Positions 26,188-39,234 are shown, counted from the first letter of the whole stretch. The stretch is 63,878 nt of DNA, filler included, from Octopus bimaculoides (GCF_001194135.2; 7 parts of 5 records of this genome joined end to end with filler, not necessarily neighbours in it), one strand, 5' to 3'. Translations and numbers: made by a program. The notes: generated by a model not told the origin, from the sequence alone.

Positions 26188-26561
26188 TATATGTTCATGT
26201 GTGTATGGGCATGTACATATACATGTTTGTGTGAGTGTGTATGTATGTAGAGGTTATGAACGCAGGAGGTTATATGTTTATGTATTGTGAGAATATGGTT
26301 GTGTGTATTTTTTATCTTTTATATTTTTTCCTACCTATTAGAGTAACTTCCCTTTTATTCAATGGATTTTTTTATAGCATCTATTACCATTAATAGCCGA
26401 TGACAATGTATTGTAGCTCTTAGCTCCAGCATTTGAAACTCCAAGTACTATTATGACAACTTACTGATTGTCCTAAACTATACATATATAAATATCCTCT
26501 ATTTACCTAATATCGACGTCTCATTCTTTTGTTATCAGTTTATTATTATTATTATTATATA

Positions 26562-26598
<37 letters not shown>

Positions 26599-26826
26599 TA
26601 ATGCATATAATTTATGGGGGTTTAGTTCACAGGTAATCTAGATGATTAGGTACACTATGTAAGTGCTATAACAGATTACTGGGGCTCCAAGGTTATAGCT
26701 GAGACAGTAGTTATGGAGCCATTGCAGGTTTCTGATGCAGCAGATATATAATTGTTAAACAGGACAGCAAACATTAAGGCAAGGCAAACATCTCAAGTCA
26801 TATACAATATTATTAAGAAATTCAAA

Positions 26827-26882
26827 ATCTTACAGCTGTTTCTTGGATACCCCTGAGTATGGGATATTCTGTCATCAGAGAC
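26827..26882 (-). ncRNA. Type I hammerhead ribozyme motif, core intact
   Basis: GUCU-CUGAUGA-CA-GAAUAUCCC-auacuca-GGGGUAUCC-AA-GAAA-CAGCUG-UA^AGAU. Confidence 0.65.
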
Positions 26883-29150
26883 AAATACTGAAAAGAATAG
26901 GGAAAATGAGAATGGTATATATGAATAAATGACGACATAGAAGAAGAGAGTAAAAGAATAAGGAGATGGAAAGAAAGAAAGAAAAAGAAGCATAAAAGTT
27001 CATAGTTCAACTTTGCAAAGCACAAGTCCTTCGGTGCAATCCTGCATAGATCTATGAGCGTAAGTCCTTGGGTGCAATCCTGCATATATTCATGTGGGTT
27101 AAAATCCTGATATAGTTGACATCCCAAGAAAAAAGATGCAAACATATCAACGTTCAATAACAGAATGGTAGTGGTAAAAGTAAAGATAAGAAAATAGATA
27201 GAAAGAGAGGTAGATAGAGTGAGGTGGGGGCGAGATTTAAGGATTGACTATAGGATAAAGTAAGGTTCATAGGTGTATGGTGTCTAAGAATTGTGTACAG
27301 GGGTAGCCAAGAAGATAACAGAGAAGATGAGCAGGTAAAGGAAAATAGGGTAAAAAAAAATAGAGAAAAATGAAAGTAATTTAAAGAGAGTAGTACATGT
27401 CTGGTAGTCTCAAAGTCTAAAGTTGTTGGGAAGGAAACTTAGTAGTAATTGCTAGTGACCGTTCAGGTTAAGGTAAGTGGCTGTAGAGTTATTTTTAACA
27501 ATGAGGTTGTAGGTGTGTAGGTAATTGAGAAAGGAAGAGCTAGGTGAATGTTAAATTAGTTATGAGTGGGAGTTAGAGTTAGGGGATTTATTGGGTTAAG
27601 ATTCTATGGTGGTTAATTGGAGAGAGAGATGTGGTAGTGCTGGTGGTGGCTAGTATGGTATTAGGTGAATTGATTGTGATATTGCTGTCATTTCTAGAAT
27701 CGATATCAATGCCAACATTACCATTATTATTATTATTATCATCGTTGTCATTATCGGCGTTGTTCTTGTAATTATTATTATTGTTACTAGTATTATTATT
27801 GTACTATTTGTGGTAGTAGTGGTAGTAGCTTTGGTAGTATTGCTAGTAATAGTAGTAGTAGCAGCAGTAGCAGTAGTTGCTGCAGCAGCCGTGGCAGTAT
27901 TGTTAGTAATAATGTTAGTATTAGCGGTGGTAGAGGAGGTGATATTAGTGATGTTATTATTGCGACTATTAATAGTTGTGTTTGTGGTAGGAGTGTTAAT
28001 AATGGTACGTTAATAATGGTAGTATTGCCGTTGGTGTTAGTATTAATATTATTGCTGTTCCTATTAGTAGTTGAAGTATATGTATTATCAGTTGCACTGG
28101 TTATAATATAATTAGTATTGTTAGTGTCTGTGTACCTATTAATGTTTGCGTCGGTTTCAGGTGTGTGCCCATTACCCTCAGAGGTAGGGATTATATTATG
28201 TTTAAGTTGTTTAAAGTGGTTGGGCCATGGGTGTTAGATATGTTATTGTGATTGGTGTTAGTGTTTTTATTGTGTAGGGTTGTAGGGTTGTATGTATTTA
28301 GATAGTAGGAGCTAAGTTTACGTTTATTAGATGAGGTGATAATAGATTCTATATTTGGTGTAGCTGAATAGGATAATTTCAAAGTGGATCTGTTTAAGAT
28401 AGAATGGTACTTATGGTTATGTGGGAAATTGGATTCTACTATTCTAAAGAAAGCTTTAGCGAGGCCCTTAATGTTTAAAGCAAGTGGAGGTGTATACCAG
28501 AGAATAGATCTCCTGTTGCTTTTATTAAGCAAGTTAGGGAAGGTGTAATTCCTAGTGGATGTTAGAGGAGAGTTGGAAGGTCTAATGTTAGTATTAGTGT
28601 TCGTATATCAAGTGTTGTTCATGCGGGTGCTAAGCGGGCAAGATTGACTCATTGTATTAGAAGGGATTGGATTTCTATTTGTGCATGTTTGTTCTGAGCT
28701 AAGTTTCAAGAGGTGTTCCTTAAGTCTAGTATTGGGTATAAATCTAATTTTCTGGGAGAAACCACTAGTAGCTAGAGCTTGGTTATAGTAGTTGGCATAG
28801 TTATTGAAGATTTCTACATTGGCAGATAGATTGGATATTCTGATAGATATGCTTTTGATTATGCTCTCGAAAGTAGATTTATGGTGGCTAGATTTTGTGT
28901 TGATGTATTTAAGGTATTGATTGGGTTTATGATATGGGGAGTATAGTAAGAAGTTTAAATCTAAAGTAACGTTTAGAAAATTTGCTGTCTTGTAAGAGTT
29001 TTCAAAAGAGATAGATAGGTTAAAGTTGGCAAAGAATTTAAGTGTTTTCTAGCTTTTTCTAATGCAGATTTTGTTAGACCGGTTGTAATTAACACTTCAT
29101 CGTCCCTGTATAAACCCCTTTTGATATGGGGGATTTGTCTGTGGAGCTGT

Positions 29151-29213
29151 TGAAGGAGGTACAATCTGAAGGAGGTACAATCTGAAGGAGGTACAATCCA
29201 AAGGAGGTACAAT
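29151..29213. repeat. 16-bp tandem repeat (about 4 copies) inside the PLE RT
   Basis: GGAGGTACAATC(TGAA/CAAA) is repeated. Confidence 0.9.
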
Positions 29214-30109
29214 CAAGAACTGTGACCTGAGCAGAGTTGGATGAGCCCATGGTTATATCAAAGAAGTTACTTCCGTTAGTGTTGAGGTTAGTACAGGACC
29301 AAAGCTTATTATCAAAGGATATGAGGGTCTGCCTAACAGATAGATTTGCATCAATTTCTAAGGAGGTTATGTTGGTTAGGTTTTTAGCTAAGGTAAAGGC
29401 GTTTTTAAGGATAGGTGAATCTAAGTTTAAGCTCACCTCCCATAAATAGCACCCACATACAAACCCCTATGATCATTAACACATACCCCCTCTATAACTC
29501 TTATTACTACCTTATATCTCACCTCATTTCTATCTACCCTACCTCATCACACTATGAGATAAATATTAATTGTTTGATTTATCCTTAATTTATTTTTAAA
29601 CCATAACCCAATAAATCCCCTAATATAAACCCCCTAACTCTAACTCCCACTCAAATAATTTCTCAACTACCTACACACCCAAAACCTCATTGCTAAAAAT
29701 AACTCTACAGCCACTGACCTTAGCCAGAATGGTCACTAGCAATTACTACTAAGTTTCCTCCCCAACAACTTTAGACTTTGAGACTACCAGACATCTACAA
29801 CTCTCTTTAAATTCCTTTCATTTTTCTCTATTTTTTTTACCCTATTTTCCTCTACCTCCTCATCCTCTCTCGTCTTCTTGGCTACTCCTGTGCACAATTC
29901 TTAGACACCATACATCTATGCATCTTACTTTATCCTACAGCCAATCCTTAAAATCCCCCCACCTCACTCTATCTACCTCTCTTTCTATTTATTTCCTTTT
30001 CAAAAAAATAAAAATATTAAATAAAATAGAGAAATACAATTGACAAACTAACAATTTATTTACTTTATGATTTAATATAATATACTATAAAAAATATTAT
30101 ATATATATA

Positions 30110-30505
30110 GGCGCAGGAGTGACTGTGTGGTAAGTAGCTTGCTTACCAACCACATGGCTCCAGGTTCATTCCCACTGCGTAGCACCTTGGGCAAGTGTCT
30201 TCTACTATAGCCTCAGGCCGACCAAAGCCTTGTGAGTGGATTTGGTAGACAGAAACTGAAAGAAACCTGTCGTATATATGTGTGCGTGTGTGTTTGTGTG
30301 TCTGTGTTTGCCCCCCCCCCCCCAACATCGCTTGACAACCAATGGTGATATGTTTATGCCCCACAACTTAGCGGTTCGGCAAAAGAGACCGATAGTATAA
30401 GTACTAGGCTTACAAAGAATAAGTCCTGGGGGCGATTTGCTCAACTAAAGGTGGTGCTCCAGCATGGCCGCAGTCAAATGACTGAAACAAGTAAAAGAGA
30501 GAAAA
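30110..30505 (+). mobile_element. SINE family A, full length
   Basis: Head GGCGCAGGAGTGACTGTGTGGTAAG through tail GCATGGCCGCAGTCAAATGACTGAAACAAGTAAAAGAG. Confidence 0.9.
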
Positions 30506-30615
30506 GAGAAAGAGAATATATAATACAACATAATAGATCTTACTAAAAAAACATATAAAGCTAACAATTTGTTTCGACTTAAATACATTAGTTGATTTAT
30601 AAAAAATTCCTATCT

Positions 30616-30848
30616 TATTTTTTTATTACCCACAAAGGGCTAAACATAGAGGGAACAAACAAGGACAGACAAAGGGATTAAGTTGATTACATCGATCCCA
30701 GTGCGTAACTAGTACCTAATTTATTGACCCCGAAAGGATGAAAGGCAAAGCCGACCTTGGCAGAATTTGAACTCAGAATATAATGGCAGATGAAATACTG
30801 CTAAGCATTTCGCCCGGCGTGCTAACATTTCTGCCAGCTCGCCGCCTT
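30616..30848 (-). mobile_element. tRNA-derived SINE family B with 10-bp target-site duplication
   Basis: Head GGCGGCGAGCTGGCAGAA...GAGTTCAAATT. ATTCCTATCT occurs at 30606-30615 and 30849-30858. Confidence 0.85.
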
Positions 30849-30925
30849 ATTCCTATCTATGTATACAAGTCCCTTCAAAGCCTTGGTTCAAAAGACAGGC
30901 TGCCAAATTGCAAAAATATGTGTAT

Positions 30926-30960
<35 letters not shown>

Positions 30961-31004
30961 AATATGGTAGTCAGAATGTTGGATGATTATTTTTTACTTT
31001 TTCT

Positions 31005-31386
31005 GTTTCTTTTATTTGTTTCAGTCATTTGACTTGACTGTGACCATGCTGGAGCACCACCTTTAGTAAAGTTAATCGACCCCAGAACTTATTCTTTGTA
31101 AGCCTAGTACTTATTCTATCAGCCTCTTTTGCTGAACCACTAAGTTATGGGGACGGCAAACACACCAGCATTGGTTGTCAAGCGATGTTGTGGGGACAAA
31201 CACACACACACACACACATACATATACGATGAGCTTCTTTCAGTTTCTGACTACCAAATCCACTCACAAGGCTTTGATTGGCTTGAGGATATAATAGAAG
31301 ACACTGGCCCAAGATGCCACACAGGGACTGAACAAGGAACCATGTGGCTAGTAAGCAAGCTACTTACCACACAGCCACTCCTGCGC
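31005..31386 (-). mobile_element. SINE family A
   Basis: Reverse-complement copy running from head to tail. Confidence 0.85.
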
Positions 31387-31883
31387 GTATTTTTTTTTTA
31401 TTTATTTACATTTTATTTAAACTTTCAGCACTTTCTTCTATTATCGGATTTATCAAAAAGTGGTCTAAAGTTAGATTTCTTGGCCTTTTTATATATAAAA
31501 AAGGTTTGTGGGGTTTGCCAAGGATGGGAGAAGAAAGAAGAAAAAAATTTTTGAGAAGGAGGGGGAGGTAAAGAGGCATTTCTGTTGTATTGGTATGGTC
31601 AGGCTTGTTTGTTTAGTACTTAGTAGCTTTTAGGGTTTGGAAGGAAAAAGAATTTTTGTATTTGAATTGGTCAAGGTTTCTTTATTCCTTTGCTTTCATT
31701 AATATGGAGGAGGTAAAGAGGTGTGGATTTTGTATTAGCATGGCCAAATTTTTGTAGTGGTCAAGGTTCTTAATTGAAAAACCAGATGTTATTTTTGACT
31801 TTCTTCAGTAAAAATTATTATTGCATTTCCAGGTCTTGTGTATAGATATATATACACATATATACACCCCCACACATATATAT

Positions 31884-33074
31884 AGTTTTGGTCATTTTAG
31901 CCACTACTCTTGATTTTTGTCCGGGTATTTGTCCTTCAGACTGCAAAATGGAATTTTAAAAAAGCAATACACAATGCTGTCATAATTATATTTCCAAATT
32001 CATCTATTTTTAGTTGGCTGTTTTGTTTTGAATATATTTTAAAGCTCCAACTTAGAAAGAGAGCCAAGTACAGAAGAGGGAAAGCAAGTGTTCTTATAGA
32101 ATTTTGGAATCTGGAGTGTTTTGCAAGGTCCAACAACAATGTGGTAAAACGGTTTTAGCAATAGTTTGAGATCATCTTTAATATATAGAATTCCCATAGG
32201 TGGAATTTCAAAAAAATATATAGTTATGTTAATTTTTGTTGAGGACTTTTTTGTGCAGTATAGTTCTGTTATCCTTTGGAACTTTGAATTTTTGTTCACA
32301 TATTTCCTAATGTTTCCTTTTTTCAAGCATTTAATTTTGGTAAGAACTTCTTTATGAAGTATAGCATTATCGTTTTTCAGAAGTTTGGGTCATTGCTTGA
32401 GCATTTGTAGAAGGGGAAGATTTTGAATTTTCCTTCTTCACATATTTCCAAATGTTTGCTGAATGGAATTTTCTGTAGCTCCTCTTGTTGGATGTGCTGT
32501 CTGTGGATTCTTGCACGTTGGCAAAGGGAATTATTGGTTTTGCCAATATAATTCTCCTTGTATTTGGGGCAAGTAATGAAGTATATGAGGTTTTGTGCTC
32601 TGCAGTTCACATTTGTATTTACTTTGAATAAGAATCCACTCTTAAATTTTATGTGGGTGTCCCCATCGATATATGTGTAGTATACTAATGCTGTCTCCAC
32701 ATTCCTTTATGGAGAATTCTGTTTCATTCTCTGATGTGGATTTTGCTCTTGTAAGTTGTTTTTTAAGGGGGGGTTTTCTGGTGTTTACTATTTCGCAGGT
32801 AGCTTTTGTCAATCAGTTTTCTCATTTTGGGGCTCTATAAGAGTATTGGTTAGATTGATTGTATAACATGGAAGCTATTGGTTATTCCAGGGTTGGTTAT
32901 TCTAGGTTGGAGCTTTAAAATATATTCAAAACAAAACAGCCAAACTGAAATAGATGAATTTGAAAATATAATTGTGACAACATTGTGTATTGCTTTTTTT
33001 AAAATTCCATTTTGCAATCTGAAGAACAAATACTCAGACAAAAATGAAGAGTAGTGGCTAAAATGACCAAAACT
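31884..33074 (-). mobile_element. PLE 3' fragment (Neptune-like GIY-YIG) with inverted ends
   Basis: ORF 32377-32700 reads NCRAQNLIYFITCPKYKENYIGKTNNSLCQRARIH. 31884-32057 is the reverse complement of 32900-33074. Confidence 0.8.
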
Positions 33075-33289
33075 TTCCAAATTTATTTAAGCACAGAGAT
33101 GAGTCTTTAATTATATTAATTTTTCTAAAAATCTTAATGTGTACTTATGTATGTGTGATGTGTGTATATGTGCAAAAATATGAACATGTACATATATAAA
33201 TGTTTTTGAGTGTGTATTTATATATATGTGTGTGTGTGTGTATATNNNNNNNNNNTACCAACACATACAACCTCCGATCATACAAACAC

Positions 33290-33725
33290 TCTCCACACAA
33301 TTCTCATCTCGACAAATTTGAAGCAGATATGCTTCATATAATTAGAAAAATTAAATTCTCCAAATATAAATCCCCTTTCAAAAACAACTTTCACATATCA
33401 TAAAGCAAATCAGTTCATCCCCTAAATTACACATCTTCTTGGATAAAACAGGAAATATGTATCCTATTACCATCAAGGAATGCAACAAATTCATAAAGAA
33501 AGAAATCTACAAATCTTACAAGCTAGCACCAACATCCGCCTTGATGACATCAACACAAACCATTGCAAACTTATGAAGGAATTACATGTGGATGACCTCA
33601 CAAAACCATACTGCCCTACACTTCCATGCTTCAACCACAAAGATCATAAGAAGGACTTTATAACCAAACCATCGATATGCCTCATATGCCCCACGAAATC
33701 CAATTTGGGAAGAATAAGCAAAAAT
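33290..33725 (+). mobile_element. PLE N-terminal/pre-RT remnant
   Basis: DKTGNMY...NHKDHKKDFITKPSICLICPTKSNLGRISKNILD. Confidence 0.7.
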
Positions 33726-33734
33726 ATTTTGGAC

Positions 33735-33935
33735 AAAAAAAAAATGGAGACCACCTCCTCCTGTGGGACGAAGTTGAAATAATAGACAGAGAACACCACT
33801 GGAAAATACGAAAACTAAAAGAAGCAGCATATATGCTAGGACACAACAACCTCCTAAGCAGACCGAGTGCAGATATGAATAGCATATGGGAACTGGTGTT
33901 AAGGAAGGATAGGAAAATATTAGATTTATAAGCCT
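33735..33935 (+). mobile_element. C-terminus of a different (Penelope/Poseidon-like) PLE endonuclease
   Basis: HLLLWDEVEIIDREHHWKIRKLKEAAYMLGHNNLLSRPSADMNSIWE. Confidence 0.65.
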
Positions 33936-33961
33936 GAAAATTCAGTCCATAATTGCCCATA

Positions 33962-34045
33962 GGCATATGATGTAGTGGTTAAGAGCGTGGGCTACTCACC
34001 CCAAGATTCCGAGTTCGATTCCAAGCAATGACCTGAATGATGATG

Positions 34046-34078
<33 letters not shown>

Positions 34079-34270
34079 GTAATAACATCGAAATTACCTT
34101 AGGAATGAGAACCCAGGTTCAAAATTTCCCAAGACGCCTGATGAAGGCTGGAGAGTACATCAGCCAAAACGTTGTTTTAACAACAAACAAGATGAGGACA
34201 AATATCTGTCAAATGTAAATAATGTAAATAATGTACATAATTCCTCATCTCTTAAATATAGAACTGTAAA
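33962..34270 (+). mobile_element. tRNA-like head, (AAT)n and hammerhead-containing tail
   Basis: A-box-like TGATGTAGTGG (33968), B-box GAGTTCGATTCC (34011), AAT run, then CTGATGA-A-GGCTG-N10-CAGCC-AAAA-CGTT at 34138-34173. Confidence 0.65.
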
Positions 34271-34324
34271 ATAATACCAGTCATCAAGGAAAAATTAAAC
34301 ATCAACTTATAGTCCTGTACAGGT

Positions 34325-34880
34325 GAAGTCATAATATGGTTCCATCTCTTAAACAACAAAAACTCTTATTCTTTCCTGCAATTCGATATAAATAATTACT
34401 ATTCTTCTATTTCTCCCAAACTTCTTAATCAAGCTCTCCTTCTAGCAAGGAGTCTAACTAACCTTACTCCACTTGAAATTAACATAATCCATAATGCCCG
34501 CAAAACCCTTATTTCTTTTGAGGACAAACTCTGGTGCCGAGCCAATTTAGCAATTAATTTTACATTACTATGGGATCATCTGACTCTCCACCAGCTCCAA
34601 ACACATTTCCCTAACCTCAAAGGGAGGCCTGTAGAGAGATGATGCCTTGCGACTTACCAAGAGCGTAAATAAATCCTCTTTAGAACAAGCTAGAAAGATC
34701 TACACAATTTTTTCTCTAGCCTAAACCTGTCTATTACGTTTGAAAATTTCCACAAAACTACTAACTTTTTAGACATAACTTTAAACTTAGAAACCTCCCA
34801 ATACTCCCCTTATCACAAACCTAACCAATACCTTAAATACCTAAACATTCATTCCAATCACCACAAATCCACCTTTGATA
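34325..34880 (+). mobile_element. PLE reverse transcriptase remnant, same lineage as 26780-30040
   Basis: LQFDINNYYSSISPKLLNQAL...ITMGSSD...RDDA...TNFLDITLNL...YSPYHKPNQYLKY. Confidence 0.75.
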
Positions 34881-34889
34881 ACAAGCTCT

Positions 34890-35926
34890 CAATTCTGCAT
34901 CAGTATTGAACAAAACTTCGCGCATAGCATTTGAAAGAGATCAAAAGAGGTGGAAATCCGTTAGTGCCAAATCAAGAAGGTATGGTGGATGTGGCAGCAC
35001 TTCCCAGCCATGCGTTTGAATGGCTTCATTGGTCATATTGGCGATATGAGGGTGGTTGTTGTTGTGCAGCAGAAGAACTCCATGCTGCTGATTAGGTCTT
35101 TCTCTTGAATAGCCGTGTTGAGTCGTTCCATCTGTTAAACGTAGAGTTCCGTATTGACCGTTTGGTTCTGTTCAAGCAATTCGTAATGGTTAATCCCTTC
35201 CCAGTCCCATTGTTTAATGCGAACGAAGATCTTGCTTCACGCACGGTGTTGCTTGTTTACCAGGGCCAAACCATTCTTTACGCTGCTTCATATTGATGTA
35301 CAGGCACCATTTTTCATTGCCAGTAACGGTTCGGGAGCAAGCAAACCAGCAGAGATTGTGGCTCATTGATTTTTGTTGTTGCCACTTAAAGCATGTGGAA
35401 CCCATGCTCCATACTTCTGAACCTTTCCCATCGAGTGAAGATGCTTCTCTATAACAGTATGGGAGCATTCCAGTTTCTCTGCCAGTTCCCCTGTCGTTTG
35501 ATGAGAATTTCCGTGCAAAAGTTGGTTTAATCACTCTTCATCGAACTCAACTGGACGGTCAGAATGAGGTACGTCTTTGAGATCAAAATTTCCATTTTTG
35601 AACTTGGCATACCAATCACGAGTAGTTCTTTCAGCTTTGACACCCTCTCCATACACAGCACAAATGTCGCAAGCAGCTTTTGCGGCCTTAGAACATGGAT
35701 TAAAAGCAAAAAGAAGGAGGTGTTGAAAATGCTAGTTTTTCTTAACTTGACATTCCATTTTAATGATCTGAAAATAAACAAAAATTAACTGAAATTAACT
35801 AGAAAAAAAAAAAAGATTCCAAAATGATTCAAAAATAGAATTATTGGAAAAAATAGATTCCAAAATTTAAAAACGCAATAAATTCCAAAATGTTAAAAAA
35901 CGGCGGGAACTTAGTTGCCAACCCAA
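34890..35926 (-). mobile_element. mariner (DD34D) transposon, decayed
   Basis: Minus frames AAKAACDICAVYGEG...WYAKFKNGNFDL...GAWVPHAL...LPHPPY..DLALTDFHLF. The 5' TIR reads TA^TTGGGTTGGCAACTAAGTT at 35926. Confidence 0.88.
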
Positions 35927-36213
35927 TAGAAAAGAAGGTTTATCCTCATAGCATTTTATGATAAATAAAGTTATCTGTTATTATGTATCTGTTTTTTTAT
36001 AAACNNNNNNNNNNNNNNNNNNNNNNNNNNNNNNNNNNNNNNNNNNNNNNNNNNNNNNNNNNNNNNNNNNNNNNNNNNNNNNNNNNNNNNNNNNNNNNNN
36101 NNNNNNNNNNNNNNNNNNNNNNNNNNNNNNNNNNNNNNNNNNNNNNNNNNNNNNNNNNNNNNNNNNNNNNNNNNNNNNNNNNNNNNNNNNNNNNNNNNNN
36201 NNNNNNNNNNNNN

Positions 36214-36245
<32 letters not shown>

Positions 36246-36249
36246 TCTT

Positions 36250-36560
36250 ATATTTGTTTCAGTCATTTGACTGCTGTCATGCTGGAGCACCACCTTTAGT
36301 CAAACAAATTGACCCAGAACTTATTCTTTCTAAGCCTAGTACTTCGGTTATGAAGGGATGGTGGAGGAGGAACACACACACACACACACACACATATATA
36401 CGATGGGCTTTCAGTTTCTGTCTATCAAATCCACTTACAAAGCTTTAATCGGTCCGTGGCTATTGTAGAAGACACTTGCCCAAGGTGACACGTGGTGGGA
36501 CGGAACTCGCGATGATGTGGTTGGTAAGCAACCTATTTACCATACAGTCACTCCTGCACC
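36250..36560 (-). mobile_element. SINE family A
   Basis: Reverse-complement copy with an internal deletion. Confidence 0.8.
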
Positions 36561-36589
<29 letters not shown>

Positions 36590-36594
<5 letters not shown>

Positions 36595-37256
36595 CATGTT
36601 GTTGTTGGACATCAAATCCCTATACACCGTGATTCCACACCTCGACCGCCGCCCTGACTCCACACCTAGCACCCCTACGCTGCTTTGTCTGGCAGAACTC
36701 ATCCTCACCCTCAACTGCCTCACGTTCGCCGGAGAAACCTACCAATAGGTGTCTGGTGTCGCGATGGGAACGAGAATGGGCCCCAATTATGCCAACCTAT
36801 TAGTTGGTTACATTGAGGCCCAAGTATTCTCCCAATTCTCCGGTCCGACCCCAGAACTATACGGTCACTACATAGATGACTGTATAGGAGCCACCTCCCT
36901 CTCCCGTGAACAGCTCTGCCTTTTCATGTCTTTCCTCTCTAACTTCCACCCTGCTCTTGAATTTACTTCTACCATCTTGACACCTCTGTTAACTTCCTCG
37001 ACATCTCTCTTTCCATCAACCTCCCTCCAGCTCTCTAACTACCTCCGCCTTCTTCAAAACCACTGACTCCCACCTCTACCTCAACTTCTCCTCTTCCCAT
37101 CCATTCCACACCAAACAGGCCATCCCCTACTCCCAGTTCCTCCGCTTGTGCAGCCTGGACCAGGATTTCGAGACCCAGTCCCAGTACCTTGCCCGTCTGT
37201 TCATGCATCGAGGATACCCCTCCCACCTTGTCCAATCCGCCCTCGACCGCGGTCGT
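36590..37256 (+). mobile_element. Neptune-like PLE reverse transcriptase fragment
   Basis: DIKSLYTVIPH...GVAMGTRMGPNYANL...HYIDDCIG...NFLDISL...SHPFHTKQAIPYSQFLR...RGYP. Runs into a gap. Confidence 0.88.
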
Positions 37257-38089
37257 NNNNNNNNNNNNNNNNNNNNNNNNNNNNNNNNNNNNNNNNNNNN
37301 NNNNNNNNNNNNNNNNNNNNNNNNNNNNNNNNNNNNNNNNNNNNNNNNNNNNNNNNNNNNNNNNNNNNNNNNNNNNNNNNNNNNNNNNNNNNNNNNNNNN
37401 NNNNNNNNNNNNNNNNNNNNNNNNNNNNNNNNNNNNNNNNNNNNNNNNNNNNNNNNNNNNNNNNNNNNNNNNNNNNNNNNNNNNNNNNNNNNNNNNNNNN
37501 NNNNNNNNNNNNNNNNNNNNNNNNNNNNNNNNNNNNNNNNNNNNNNNNNNNNNNNNNNNNNNNNNNNNNNNNNNNNNNNNNNNNNNNNNNNNNNNNNNNN
37601 NNNNNNNNNNNNNNNNNNNNNNNNNNNNNNNNNNNNNNNNNNNNNNNNNNNNNNNNNNNNNNNNNNNNNNNNNNNNNNNNNNNNNNNNNNNNNNNNNNNN
37701 NNNNNNNNNNNNNNNNNNNNNNNNNNNNNNNNNNNNNNNNNNNNNNNNNNNNNNNNNNNNNNNNNNNNNNNNNNNNNNNNNNNNNNNNNNNNNNNNNNNN
37801 NNNNNNNNNNNNNNNNNNNNNNNNNNNNNNNNNNNNNNNNNNNNNNNNNNNNNNNNNNNNNNNNNNNNNNNNNNNNNNNNNNNNNNNNNNNNNNNNNNNN
37901 NNNNNNNNNNNNNNNNNNNNNNTTACGACAATGCAACACTTTTCTTTATTTTTTCTTTGTTTTCCCCACTTTTTATTATATTAACCCCTCCCCCCTTATC
38001 CACTTTACCTTATTTCCATTATTCACTATTTTATTACAATTTTTCACAATTTATTTGATCTCTTCCTACACGCACACATACCCATACAC

Positions 38090-39230
38090 ATAAAAAATAC
38101 ACGCACCCACACACACATGTATGCACACCTACCCCCCCACACACACACACCACACACACACAACACACATGCATGCACTTACACGCTCAGATTCGCCCAC
38201 ACACTTATACAAACACACATACACACGCACACTTGCGCATACACACACGCTAACAAACACGCATACATACACATACACACACACCTATGCATACACACCC
38301 TTGCACACATAAGCCATATATACCCCCATTCACACATAGCCCCCATTCACATATACCTCCCACACACCTTACAACACGCATGACAAACATACATGCGCGC
38401 TCTCACACACACATATACACACACACACACAGGAGTGCACACACACAATAAAACACATACTTGGCACATATCTTTACGCTCACACACACACATACGCACG
38501 CACACACACATATACACACACATACACATTCACACATACACACATGCACACACATACACTCGCACACGCACGCACAAATACCTCTCACATACACAACGCA
38601 CACTCACACAAACATGCATACAACTACACACACAATGGGCATAAATGACACACGCACGTAAGCAAACACATGCACACACACATACACAGGAACGCACATA
38701 TACACAACATTCACACACACACGCACAAAAACATACACAATATACACATACATGCACGCACAAAAAATATACACACACACGCACACAGACACACACATAG
38801 ACACACACGCACACACACACACGCACACGCACCTAACACTCACAATCCCACATACATCACAATCCCACACACACACGCATACGCATTTTCACACACATAC
38901 ACACACACGCACACACCCACATACACACGCACACACACATATACATACGCACATACACACACGCACACACATACACACGCACTCGCATACACACGCACAC
39001 ACCTCTTACAAACACAACACACTCACACACACGCGCACGCACAAAATACACACTCACATACAGACACACACACTCACACACGCACACGTACCCAACACCT
39101 ACAACCCCACACAGACACACGCACGCACATCCACATACACCCACACACATGCACACACCCAAGTATACATACATACACACACGCACACACACATACCCAT
39201 GCACACACACAAGGCAATACACATGTAGAA
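38090..39230. repeat. About 1.1-kb imperfect (CA)n low-complexity tract
   Basis: Continuous CA/CAT/CG dinucleotide mosaic. Confidence 0.9.
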
Positions 39231-39234
39231 ACAT

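Larger units (their letters stand above)
26780..30040 (-). mobile_element. Penelope-like element (RT to 3' tail) with an inverted copy of its 3' region
   Basis: RT motifs FDITMGS, GLYLL, GLYRDD and downstream RRSILWYTPPL...LNRSTLKLSYS. 27195-27610 is the reverse complement of 29601-29990. Confidence 0.85.

Noticed and set aside
27640-28150. Val/Ala/Leu-rich ORF 27810-28013
   Set aside because: It is the antisense reading of trinucleotide-repeat low-complexity sequence inside the PLE.
33015-33074. CTGAAGA...GACC-AAAAC in the PLE inverted arm as a hammerhead
   Set aside because: Neither arm has GAAA or a pairing helix I or II.
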